Notes under the pieces: model-generated
What the model saw: the letters and a program-made list of their open reading frames with translations, nothing else
Databases searched by the model: none
What the model was told of the DNA's origin: nothing
Position numbers and translations under genes: made by a program
In this document: one piece after another, positions 1-12,430 of the stretch
Layout of the letters: every line of letters begins with the position of its first letter
Numbering within the stretch: the stretch's first letter is position 1
From: Octopus sinensis
Lineage: Eukaryota
Assembly (NCBI RefSeq): GCF_006345805.1
Contig: NC_042999.1
Span: 117,738,001-117,802,000, forward strand
DNA: 64,000 nt
Reading direction: 5' to 3'

Positions 1-3000
1 AAAACTACGAAGAAATTAAATAACACCGATATTATTCAACTCAAGAATAACAATCGGGAAGTACGTACTTTAAACTTACAACACAAAATGTACGAAAATC
101 TACACGTGCAAAACAATGTGACAACAGAAATGAACGGACCGGTACCCTTTGAAAATGACGACCGTCAAAATAATGGGCCGGACTTTGTTCCTCATGTCCC
201 GCAAATAAAACCCAAAAGACATAAAAGGACACGTGAGGAATACATTTCTATCCTACACGCTTACTTCACAGTGCTCTACCCAAAAAATGAAAACACAACA
301 ACACATACATATAAAATATGGAAGGAAAATAACATAAATATAGACTTGGATACAGCAACGAACCCTAATAAACTAGAAAACGTACAAAGATACATTCTCA
401 ACGCAAAAAAAATATTAGAAATAGAAATAGAACATCTAAAAGAAAAAATACATCAGGAAAATGTAGATAGAAGCCACACAACAATGCCCAATAATATAAA
501 TACTGAATTAGTAAAACACGAAGACAAACGTAACATTCCCAACAAACACGATGTAAACAAAAACAACAAACCCAGACCGTAAGGATGCATAATAATACAC
601 GACAAACAGCAAGCCAAAACACGACAAACAAACATACGAACGTGAAAAAAAGTGACACAAATGTAAAACCTGGAAACAACGAAGGGAAGCCTAATGATTA
701 TGATACTATAAAGAGTAGAATAATCAAAGAACTGAAAAACACAGATCTCAAGATGGACCACCGATCATACCTCCCAAAAATCAAAATAGACGAAACACAG
801 CATCAATTATAAACAGCATAAACCTAGCCGTCACGGAACTAATAGCCACTGAAACAAAAAGCGATATCTCTGAGCTAAATGACTTAGTATACGCAGCAGC
901 CACTGCAGCCACAAAACAAGCTGGATACTCACTCAAACCCATCCAAACAGGAGTACCACCACCCAAACAAACCCCGTGGATAAATAACATCCAAAACAAA
1001 ATACAAAAAATAAGAAAAGATCTGTCGATTCTTAATGAAGGCAGTAGACAATCAACGCTACTGAGCAACAAAAAGAAAACAAAAATACTCCGCAAATACA
1101 ACATCACAGAAAAAGATTTACCTGAGAAAAAAGAAAAACTAAAGCAAGATATCCTTGCCAAAGCACAAAGGATCCGCCGGTACGAGAAACGCCAGCGCTT
1201 CTTTGAACAAAACAAAAAGTTCAACTCCAACCCCAAAAAGTTCTACCAAGAACTTGGCAAAAATAAAATAGAAATCACTGCAGCACCAACGGCAGAAGAA
1301 GTGGAAGAATTCTGGAGAGAAATATGGTCAGCGAACGAACAACCAAAAAAAAAAGGAGTATTAAAACAACAAACTCGGAATCTGAGCAACTTTGGACCCC
1401 TATAACAACTGAAGAGGTCACCCAGGCACTGCAAAGACTAAGCAACTTCTGGTTGAAATATCTAACAGGAATGCACAAAAAGCTGGCTGAAAACCTTAAC
1501 AACGTACTAGCAGAGCCAGAGACAATGCCAGAATGGCTCACGAAGGGGAAAACCATCTTAATTCCCAAATCAAATGAAACAGCAAAACCAGAAAACTACA
1601 GACCTATAACCTGTCTCCCTACAATGTACAAGGCATTTACTGCAGAGATATCGCAAAGGTTGAACAAGCACCTGGACGAAAACAACCTGTTTCCAGAAGA
1701 GCAGAAAGGCTGCCGCAAAGGCCATAAAGATCAACTAATGATTAATAAAGCCATAACTGAAGATAGCCACAGAAAGAAGAAAGGCCTCAGTATGGCCTGG
1801 ATGGACTACAAAAAGGCGTTTGATAGCATCCACACATGGATCCTCGAAACACTAGCCATTAACAAAGTAGTACCAAGAATTATAAAATTCATAGGACACT
1901 CTATGAATAAATGGCAAACAGTGCTACAGCTCCAAACAAAAGAGGGACTCATGAAAACCAAAGCCATCTCCATTAGAAGAGGAATATTCCAGGGAGACAC
2001 GCTCTCTCCACTCCTTTTCTGCTTAGCACTGTCACCTCTATCTGATATGCTAAATAGAACTGGATGCGGATATAAATGTTACGGCAAAACGATCAGCCAC
2101 CTTTTATATATGGATGACCTAAAACTATACGCTGCAAATGACAAACAGCTGGAAACACTATTAAAGACAGTTCATGGATTTACCAAAGAAATAGATATGA
2201 AATTCGGATTAGAAAGATGCGCCAAAGTAACCATGAAAAGAGGAAAACTAGTTAAGAGTAGCAACATCACACTAGATAAAACCAATGAAATAAAAGAATT
2301 AGACCAAAGCCAAACTTACAAATACTTAGGAATCCATGAACTAGATAAGACACAACACACACAAATGAGAGAGAAAATAAAAAAAGAATATTATAGACGA
2401 GTTAGATCAATACTAAAAACAGAGCTCAATGCTAAAAGCAAGATAATAGGTATTAACACTTTAGCTGTCCCAGTTATAAGTTACAGCTACAATATCCTTA
2501 ACTGGACACTAAATGAACTGACCAAAATAGATAGGAAAACAAGAAAAATACTGACAGGATCTAGGATGCATCACCCAAAATCTGACATAGAAAGACTATA
2601 TATACAACGTATAGAAGGTGGTAGAGGCCTTATACAGCTGGAAAACTACTATAAAATAACCACCATAGGACTGCAAAAATATCTACTTCAGAAGGAAGGA
2701 AAACTGATACAAATAGCGGCAAAACACGAGCAAAACAAAAAAATGTTCTCAGTATTTAAGGAAGCTGACAAATACAAACAACAAATCATACCACATAACA
2801 AATATGAAGAAGAAGAAGAAGATGAAGAAACAACAAAAGCTAGAAAACAAATGAAATCCAAACTAAAACTAGAACAGCAAAGAACAATGATAAAACGATG
2901 ACAAGAAAGGCCCTTCATGGTAAATACTGGACTAAACTAAATGCAAAAGAAATAGACAAAGAAAAATCCCAGCAATGGTTGAGAAGCTCAGGACTCAAAG

Positions 3001-3749
3001 CAGACACAGAGGGACTTTTAATTGCAGCACAAGACCAAAGCCTCCCCACCAGAAATTACCAAAAACATGTAATGAAAAGAAATATTACAAGTAACTGCAG
3101 AATATGTGGAGATAGACAAGAAACAATAAGTCATATTATCTCTGGCTGCCCAGTTCTGGCTAAGAAGGAATATATTCACAGACATGACAGAGTTGGAACC
3201 TACATACACTGGAAGCTATGCCAACATTATGGAATAACAACAGAAAAAGATGGTATAGGCACACACCAGAAAAGGTCACAGAAAACGAGAAAGCAACCAT
3301 ACTCTGGGATATGACGATACACACAGATAGAGAAATTAAGGCCAACAGACCAGATATAGGTGTCAGAGATCATGAAGAAAAAAATGCTTTCTAATTGATG
3401 TATCAATACCGGCAGATGACAACGTTTCTCTAAAAGAAATGGAGAAACTTTCAAAATACAAAGACCTGGAAATAGAGGTAACCAGAATGTGGAATCTAAA
3501 AACAGAAACAATCCCTCTCATAGTAGGTGTATTAGGCATGATAAAAAAATATTCAGACAAATACATAACAAAAACACCAGGACTTACAAACACATATAAT
3601 ATACAGAAAATTACACTACAAGGCACTGCACACATCCTACGCAGAACACTTTCCATACAATAACCATCAGAGCAACACAACAAATCACAGCACATACCCA
3701 AGGCACACAGAGGTGCGCTCGGTAGTGAAGTGAAAGCACGCTATAAAAA
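1..3749 (+). mobile_element. R4/Dong-clade non-LTR retrotransposon (RT + CCHC + restriction-like endonuclease), near full length, disrupted by stops and frameshifts
   Basis: ORF 1324-2901 has RT motifs (NYRPITCL, DYKKAFDS, RGIFQGDTLSPLLF, YMDD, YKYLG, EGGRGL). ORF 2898-3314 has CRICGDRQETISHIISGC and RHD. These are followed by NRPD...EKLSKYKDL (RLE), a stop at 3661-3663, a short 3'UTR and an (AAT)n tail. Confidence 0.93.
1324..2901 (+). pseudogene. Reverse transcriptase segment of the R4/Dong element
   Basis: 525-aa ORF with a YMDD catalytic motif. A premature TGA at 2899 interrupts the polyprotein. Confidence 0.9.
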
Positions 3750-3804
<55 letters not shown>

Positions 3805-3811
3805 TATAATA

Positions 3812-3845
<34 letters not shown>

Positions 3846-3853
3846 CGATGATG

Positions 3854-3887
<34 letters not shown>

Positions 3888-3960
3888 TAACGATATTAAT
3901 AACAATAACAATAACAATAACAATAATAATAATAACAATAACAATAACAATAACAATAAC

Positions 3961-3993
<33 letters not shown>

Positions 3994-4036
3994 CATAATC
4001 ATAATCATAATAATAATAATAATAATAATAATAGTA

Positions 4037-4067
<31 letters not shown>

Positions 4068-4075
4068 TAATAGTA

Positions 4076-4106
<31 letters not shown>

Positions 4107-4417
4107 TAATAAATAATAATAATAATAATATAATAATAATAATAATGATGATGATGATGATGATGACGATGATGATGATGATGATGATGATGACGATGAT
4201 GATGATGAGATGATGATGATGATGATGACGATGATGATAATAATAATAATAATAATAATATAATAACAATAACGATATTAATAACAATAACAATAACAAT
4301 AACAATAATAATAATAACAATAACAATAACAATAACAATAACAATAATAATAATATAATAATAATAATAATAATCATAATCATAATCATAATAATAATAA
4401 TAATAATAATAATAGTA

Positions 4418-4467
<50 letters not shown>

Positions 4468-4479
4468 AATAATAATAAT

Positions 4480-4526
<47 letters not shown>

Positions 4527-4548
4527 TGATGATGATGATGATGATGAC

Positions 4549-4645
<97 letters not shown>
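3750..4645. repeat. Compound (AAT)n/(GAT)n/(AATAAC)n microsatellite
   Basis: Directly visible. The poly-N/I/M ORFs here are artefacts. Confidence 0.97.
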
Positions 4646-4646
<1 letters not shown>

Positions 4647-5179
4647 TAAATCCCCTGATGCAGTACTAGGCAGTGGCTCTCATGGCTTTTGATCTTAACT
4701 GATTGGAAGTGTTATCACGTACATTGTTTTGTCTTGGTTTTATAAAAGACGAGCTACAGCAAATATTCTGCTCAATACTACAGTCAGTTGTTTGCCTTTA
4801 ACCAGTTGAGCATGTCTCTTTGTGGCTGACGATATGTGCATCTATGATCACGAGCAGAAGTAGTGGGGGAGCATCATAGGTAGGTATTGAGAGGAATTCT
4901 TTGGAGTTTGAATTATTCACCTCTGGAAACATGGGTGATTCGTTCAACATCCTTAAACAACATTTATAGAAGGACCTTTTGAACAGGTTGGGCTAATTGA
5001 CCTGAAGAAAATTCCAACTGGGCCTCACCTGCAAGGTGATATGAGATCACTATGCTACACACACAGTTGTGATGAATATGCCTGGTGTACCTTATTAGGC
5101 GCGTAGCCATGATGCGTATACTGGGCTTCGTATATTTGACCCCAGTGACACTGTAATGTCATGCACTGCTCCCTCATTC

Positions 5180-5181
<2 letters not shown>
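4646..5181 (+). mobile_element. Non-coding 3' end of an (AAT)n-tailed retroelement (probable long 3'UTR of another Dong-like family)
   Basis: Bounded by AAT tracts and ends ctcattc(aat)n. 4899-5181 is homologous to 5859-6160. Confidence 0.65.
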
Positions 5182-5264
<83 letters not shown>

Positions 5265-5277
5265 GCTATTATAATAA

Positions 5278-5756
5278 TAATATAAAGATCTTGAAATAGA
5301 AATCAGCAAAATGTGGAACCTGAAGACTAAAACAATACCTGTTGTCATAGGTGCCCTGGGAATGATAGCAAAAGGGGCTGATAGCTACCTAACTCAGATA
5401 CCAGGAAACCCCAAAATGGCAGAAATTCAAAAGATAGTGCCCATGGGAACTGCTCATATCCTATGCAAAATACTTTCTATGTAATCTCAAGGTTTAAAAC
5501 AAACATAACTTCGGTTTTTTTTTTAAAAAAAGAGAAAAAAACATTTATTTATTTATTTTTTTATTTATTTATTTATTTTTTATTTATTTTTTTTAGACAT
5601 TCATTAGTACAACACAAAAAACTCCCCCCCCCCCCCCAAAAAATATATGGCACACTAGGCATAACAACAACATGAACTTCCAACCTGTTGTTTCTTGAGG
5701 TCTCTGGGTGAGACTTGGAGCCAACTTGTACAAATATAACGCAAAAGTCAAACATA

Positions 5757-5758
<2 letters not shown>
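5278..5758 (+). mobile_element. 5'-truncated R4/Dong element, second family (RLE C-terminus + 3'UTR)
   Basis: Translates YKDLEIEISKMWNLKTKTIPVVIGALGMI...GTAHILCKILSM*, followed by (AAT)n. Confidence 0.88.
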
Positions 5759-5808
<50 letters not shown>

Positions 5809-5858
5809 CATAATAATAATCATAATAATATTCATAATAATAATAATAATAATAATAA

Positions 5859-6160
5859 TCTTTAGGGTTTGAATAATTCACCTCTGGAGACATGGGTAGG
5901 TTTTTCAACATCCTTAAACAACCCTTATTCAGGGACCGTTTGAGCGGGATGGGCTACTCAACCTGAAGAAAATTCTAACTGGGCCCCACCTGCAAGGTCA
6001 TGTGCAGTTTATCTTCATATGAGATCACCATGCCGCGCACATATGGTTGTGATGCATGTGCCTGGTGTGCCCTTATCAGACGGGTAGTCATGATGGGTAT
6101 ATTGGGCTTCGTATATTTTACCCCAGTGTCACTTTGATGGCATGCTCTGCTCGCTCACTC
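5859..6160 (+). mobile_element. Second, shorter copy of the (AAT)n-tailed non-coding retroelement end
   Basis: Aligns by eye to 4899-5181 (gaataattcacctctgga...ccccagtgtcact...ctcactc-aat). Confidence 0.65.
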
Positions 6161-6222
6161 AATAATAATAATAATAATAATAATATAATAATAATAATAA
6201 TAATAATAATATAATAATAATA

Positions 6223-6760
<538 letters not shown>

Positions 6761-6784
6761 TAATAATAATAATAATATATTAGT

Positions 6785-6858
6785 GTTCGACCATATCACG
6801 TTGAAACACTGGTTGTCGTCCGATCACCGAAGTTAAGCAACGTCAAGACTAGATCGTA
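6785..6858 (+). pseudogene. 5S rRNA fragment (5' ~75 nt, diverged)
   Basis: cgaccatatcacgttgaa..ctggttgtcgtccgatcaccgaagttaagcaacgtc matches the invertebrate 5S rRNA 5' domain including the A box (agttaagcaac). It is truncated before the C box. Confidence 0.85.
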
Positions 6859-6882
6859 GAGTATTTCTAAAGTTTCCAGGTG

Positions 6883-6920
6883 TTTCTTCTTCTTCTTCTT
6901 CTTCTTCTTCTTCTTCTTCT

Positions 6921-6967
<47 letters not shown>

Positions 6968-7015
6968 TTCTTCTTCTTCTTCTTCGTCTCCTCTTCCTCC
7001 TCTTCCTCCTCCTTC

Positions 7016-7046
<31 letters not shown>

Positions 7047-7142
7047 CCTTCTTCTTCTTCTTCTCCTTCTCCTTCTCCTTCTCCTCCTCCTTCTTCTCCT
7101 CCTCCTTCTTCTTCTTCTTCTTCTTCTTATTATTATTATTAC

Positions 7143-7195
<53 letters not shown>
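6883..7195. repeat. (CTT)n/(CCT)n followed by (TTA)n microsatellite
   Basis: Directly visible. The (TTA)n is the tail of the adjacent minus-strand element. Confidence 0.97.
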
Positions 7196-8250
7196 CGTAA
7201 CACAGTGTAGGTAAATATGCACCGAGTCTTTAGTCATCTGTCAAGTCACAGGGACCTCAGACAGATAATACTTTCCTTAAGATGTTCGCTGTGCCCAATA
7301 TGGTTGCTTTTTGCAAGAGATCGATCTTGCATGGAATTTCCAGTTGCCTTAACAAGTCTTGAAGTTTCAATGGGATTGAGCCTAACGCTCCGATCATCAC
7401 TGGTACCACTTTTACATTACCCTCTCGCATTCCATACAGTCTTGCCATTTCCACTTTCAATTTGGTGTAATTGGTAATTATTTCAACCTCTTTACTCACA
7501 ACATTGATTTCATTTGGTATGGCTACATCAATGATCTGACAATATTTGTCTCTCTTACTCAATATGACAATATCCGGCCCACGGTGTTCGATTACACGGA
7601 TCAGTCTGAAAATCATAGTCCCAGAGTGTCGTTACTCTTCCATCCTGCTGCACAACTTTACTTGGTACATGCTCATACCAGTTCTCTGTTACTTCGTATT
7701 GGTATTTACGGTAAAAGAGCCAAAGAAGATACACACACACTTTACCGTAGCGGCGCTTGTATTCTTTTTGTGCAAGGCTCTCATATCCACTTACCAAGTG
7801 TGTCAAATTTTCCATACTCTTTTCACAGAGTCTGCATTTCTGGGTGTCAGAAGTTTTATAGATATTATACTTCACTGAATTATACATCAATGATCAGGCT
7901 TTCATTGGTACGCTTCAAATCAATTCGCTTAAGTCATGCCCACGATGCTGTATTATCCTTAACGTCCTATGTATTCCTTTCAAACTGTCCATGCATTCCC
8001 ATTTCAAGATGGTCTTCTTTTATTTTCTCCTCAGCTCTTTGGTTAAACTCTTCTTTGCCAATCATTTCGTCTGCATTTACACCCATATTTTTCGTGGCAT
8101 AGTACAGCAAGTTTTCATGACTATTTATCAAATACTCAGCAAGCGTTCTCCTTTCACTCCTTATACAATGGTCTTTACTAATTAGTCCCCTGCCACCATT
8201 CTTTCTTTTCCTATACAGTCTCTTTACGTTTGATTTAGGGTGTAGCCTTT
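7196..8250 (-). mobile_element. 5'-truncated R4/Dong element, third family
   Basis: Minus frames give LHPKSNVKRLYRKRKNGGRGL, MHGQF, KCRLCEKSMENLTHLVSG, HRGPDIVI...IIDVAIP and VPVMIGALG...GTANILRKVLSV*. Confidence 0.9.
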
Positions 8251-8985
8251 CTACAAATTTACTTGATCGAAGCACATCCCTCTCCATCCTCACCTTCCTT
8301 TTCAGATGGAATTTAAAAAAAGCCGATGAGAACTTCGCCGAAACGGTGTCTCTTATAAATCCTTCCAGTCTTGTCAACCACACAATCACTTTCGCCACAT
8401 CCACTACAGAAAATACTACTTGATCTTCCTGACTATATGAAAGTGGAATAACGATCATCACGATGGAATCGGCCGACAGCCGGATCCTTCCTACATGTGA
8501 CAGTATTTGTGTGATATAATACGTCAAACAGATATATTCGAGCACCGGGCGAGCGTGTGCAGAATTGTTTCATTGCTGTGCATGCATCTCGGAAAGGGGC
8601 AGCTGATGGCATTATCATGCCTATAGAATTTACTTTGAACTGGTCGTGCTCCTCCATACCATATTCACCAGTAGCGCTGCTAGGCTGGGAACTTTTCGAA
8701 ATTAACTATGATCCTTGGCCCGAAAGTCCTCCGTTAAAAATCAACCTTTTGATTATCATCGACACCCAAAGTTTCCTTGAAAATGTACCCCTCGCTCTTA
8801 CCCACCACTGATCCTCTATGGAACGACATGGTGGAACATCCATCGATTACACTGTCCGACTGGCAGAGGCTGTGACGGCCTGAGGATGCTCATGCTCCAA
8901 GTGCGACCAGTACTTTCTGAGTCAAAGCATTGATGTAGCCATGATGTTCTGTTGATCTCAAGGGCTAGCCTGGAATACTGCGATG
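8251..8985 (-). mobile_element. Decayed L1/Tx1-clade ORF2 3' fragment
   Basis: Minus translation TFGPRII..NF..., PRCMHSNETILHTLARC (zinc knuckle) and LKRKVRMERDVL parallels the plus-strand element at 50.2-51.3 kb. Confidence 0.7.
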
Positions 8986-9785
8986 TGTAGTATGCATTTT
9001 GGAGCAGATACGTAAAATATTTTACTATATACTGAAATTCTTATCACATGATGAAAGCCGTCATCACACGCATATCAAATAGATAAATAAATTCACCTTT
9101 CATTCGCTGCATGAACTTTATCATGCATATATTTATATTAAAAAAAACGAGAAGAAAATGCTTTGAGATTTTTATTATGAATAACACAAAGAAAATGTTT
9201 ACATTTTCGTGAAAATGTTTGTCAGGATTCAATTATTTCTCAGTCAGCTCTCCCAAAACGTAAAAAGGTGTGGGGAATGAATTGAAGAAATAAAATTATC
9301 TTTCGTCATATCATTTGGTAGTTCACATGTTTTTCTTACAAAATTCATATGTTGCTGGTATTTGGTCTGCATCTGACGGCTGTTCTGTCGTAATTGTATT
9401 AGTAACAGTTTTGATATTTGCTAAAGCTGATATAATTAGTGTAGTAACAATTTTAGCGTTTAATACTAAAATTAAAAAGGCCCAACCAGAAGGAAACCAA
9501 TGACAAAGAAAGACATGGATAAATTGGCTTATCCACAATTGAAACCGGTAGCATATTTTGATAAAATATGCATTCTCTTCTCTTTCATGAAGTTCTCAAA
9601 ACAAATATTGTCTTCTTTTTCGCTTTATGTATGCATGTATGTATGTATGTATAAATATGTATATGTATATATATATATATATGTATATATGTATATATGT
9701 ATATTATATATATATACATATATATATATAATATATATATATATGTATATTATATATATATATATTATATATATATGTATATATA

Positions 9786-9827
<42 letters not shown>

Positions 9828-9908
9828 ATATATATACGCATATTAGTATACCGATGTCAGTATATACATATCTATATACGTATACATATATGTATTTTCG
9901 GTTGTATA

Positions 9909-9957
<49 letters not shown>

Positions 9958-9970
9958 GTGTGTGTGTGTA

Positions 9971-10001
<31 letters not shown>

Positions 10002-10053
10002 CTATGTATGTAGATATCAGCGTGAATTATGCATAAATGTATATATTACTTAC

Positions 10054-10205
10054 CCTTCTGGAAATGTCGCATGTTATGAATATTAACATACATTGATGCA
10101 CCAAAGTTTAAACTTACTTTGTAGTCATATTTAACGGGCATACTTTGAAATGAATCCAAATAGTTTCCACTCAAACCCATTAAATCAAGTACGTTTAAGG
10201 TTACT
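10054..10205 (-). CDS. Candidate internal exon of an unidentified host gene
   Basis: Acceptor tgtactcacttcag| and donor AGG|gtaagt flank a stop-free frame VTLNVLDLMGLSGNYLDSFQSMPVKYDYKVSLNFGASMYVNIHNMRHFQK in non-repetitive DNA. Confidence 0.4.
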
Positions 10206-11149
10206 CTGAAGTGAGTACACAATGAATACAACATCATATGAAATGAATAATAGTAATATTTAAATATAAGCTATAGAGTATCAAAAATTAAACGTGTTCA
10301 TAAAATCGTCCTATTTCACTATTCATTTTGAAATTTTATCTTCTATTAATTCGTTCACTAATCCTTACAATGAAATCGAAACTTTCACGCAGTGTGGCTG
10401 AGACACTACTGTTTGTATAGTCTTATATTATTCGTTCTCAGTTCGATCCTACTGTATAACATCTTAGCCAAATATCTTCAACCAAAACTCTGTGTCGCCC
10501 AATGTTTCCGAGTAACATTGAATTGACTGCAACTGTGGAAGGCTATCATATGAACTTTTCATATTCTTAGCCGGTGGAATTCAGCCAGCGACCGATTTAG
10601 TGCTGCCCAGTTTTAAAGAAATATTTAAGCTCGATTCCAGATTTACGGAGATAACTCCATATATTTCTTAATGTAGAAATTCTTGCTGCAGCAACTTACG
10701 AGTAGCTCGATCACCTCAACCAATTTCAGAGAAATTGGCTAAGCCATAAAGATAATTCACAAGTCATATAATAAGTGGTAAAAGTCCAAACAAACCATAA
10801 ATACACTATGCAATAAATCAGTTAGCACGTAAGCACTATATTGCAAATATCGTCTAACCTCCACAAGATGGTCTAGACAACGTAAACATACATATATGCG
10901 CACTCACATTTATATAAATGCACGTATATGTACACATGCACGCACACACATATATTATCTAAACACATATACACACACATACAAATGTATGTTTTCTGGC
11001 GAATTATCTTCCTGCTATATTCAGTGTACTTTACTTTCTTTAAATTTGATATTGTCTGCTTTATTGTTTTCTGAAGCGGATTTTCAAAATACCGATCAAT
11101 TATTTCCGCCACATTTCAATATTTCTGTGTATTAATTTATTACTCAGAT

Positions 11150-12430
11150 GTAAGGCTTACAAAATCTAGAGTGGAATTATTTATATTTAATTTCAAGTTG
11201 CTTCTAAGTTTCAATGAGGTGCTGTTAAAATTGAGAGTAACAGGATTATAAGATGCAGAATCATGATTGTTCTCCTTTTAGAACTTGAAATATTGGGGCA
11301 TATTCCTGGAACGAAAATGATTGAATGAATGATAGTGTGGTAGAGAGAATCTGAAGAATTTAACGTTCTGGAAAGAAGTAAAAAGCACTCTGAGTGTAAT
11401 AAAGAGAACCTGTGAAGATCAGGTATTTGGTTCAGCTGGCTAGATTAGAAAATAATCGTAAATAGTGACTATTTGTTTGAAGTTGTTTGGTTGGGCAGGG
11501 ATGCAGGAGAGTCTGGGAATATTACTTCTGTTAATCCGAAGGAGTGGATTTGGAGGCTCGCACCTTCACTCTGGTGTTGGTTTATGCAACGACACGAGCT
11601 TGCTGGATAGTTAAGTTCAAGTATTCTGCATACATAGCAGATGCTATCATAGGAGGATACAAGACAGAAAGATCTAAGACTAGGAAGCTTTCAGACTGTA
11701 AGATGCATAAAATCACCATTTCATTTTCTGACTGTGTCATGTGGTGTTGGGTAGACTTATGTTAGTTTGGTGGTAGTGGTAGATGTAGTGGGTAATTTTC
11801 TTCAGGATTGGATGCAGTCTTATAGCAGATAAAGCACAGGTGGTTTTTGACATTATGGTTGAGGTATGTAAAGGAACAGTGTAAGGATAATGGTCTCCGG
11901 AATCTAATGTCTTAGGTTTACTTATCGCTGATCAGTTAACAGACGTGAGATATCAAAGATGCAAGGTAGCATACCTGTTGTCTCTATTTGGCAGTGATCT
12001 GACTGTCCAATGAGTATGAGTGAAGGTTGAATTTACCATGAGAAATGGATGAAAAATAGTTAACGTGTGAGTGTGTTTGCCAAGGATACAAGTTGATAAA
12101 GAGACAGGTCAACATTGTGAATGATCTGAATCTGTTCCAAAAGTTCCCTGAGGGGAGATGTGCATGAATATGATATTGTGTATAGTGAAGATATCAAATG
12201 CGATTATTAAAAAAAAAAAAAAAAGGGTAGCTGCTTTTGTTAGTGTAGGCGATAAAACGTTTTGGGATAAGTGTACAGGTAGGAAATCCTAAATTATTGT
12301 TTAGAAATCTTAGAACGAAGGTAAATACATGACGATGTTGCCGAAATATTCGAGTAAGAGAATTAAGTATTTGTAGGAAGAGCGAATTCTGCAGAGGCTC
12401 AGATATTCCCTTGCAAATATTACAGACTTT
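11150..12430 (-). mobile_element. Very ancient LINE relic (possible APE endonuclease region)
   Basis: Only faint motifs: an LQGNI*-like start near 12410 and DSGDHYP near 11890. Confidence 0.3.

Noticed and set aside
3685-4669. Long poly-I/N/M/D ORFs (also the YI-, LSIY- and HT-repeat ORFs throughout the window)
   Set aside because: They are translations of microsatellites.
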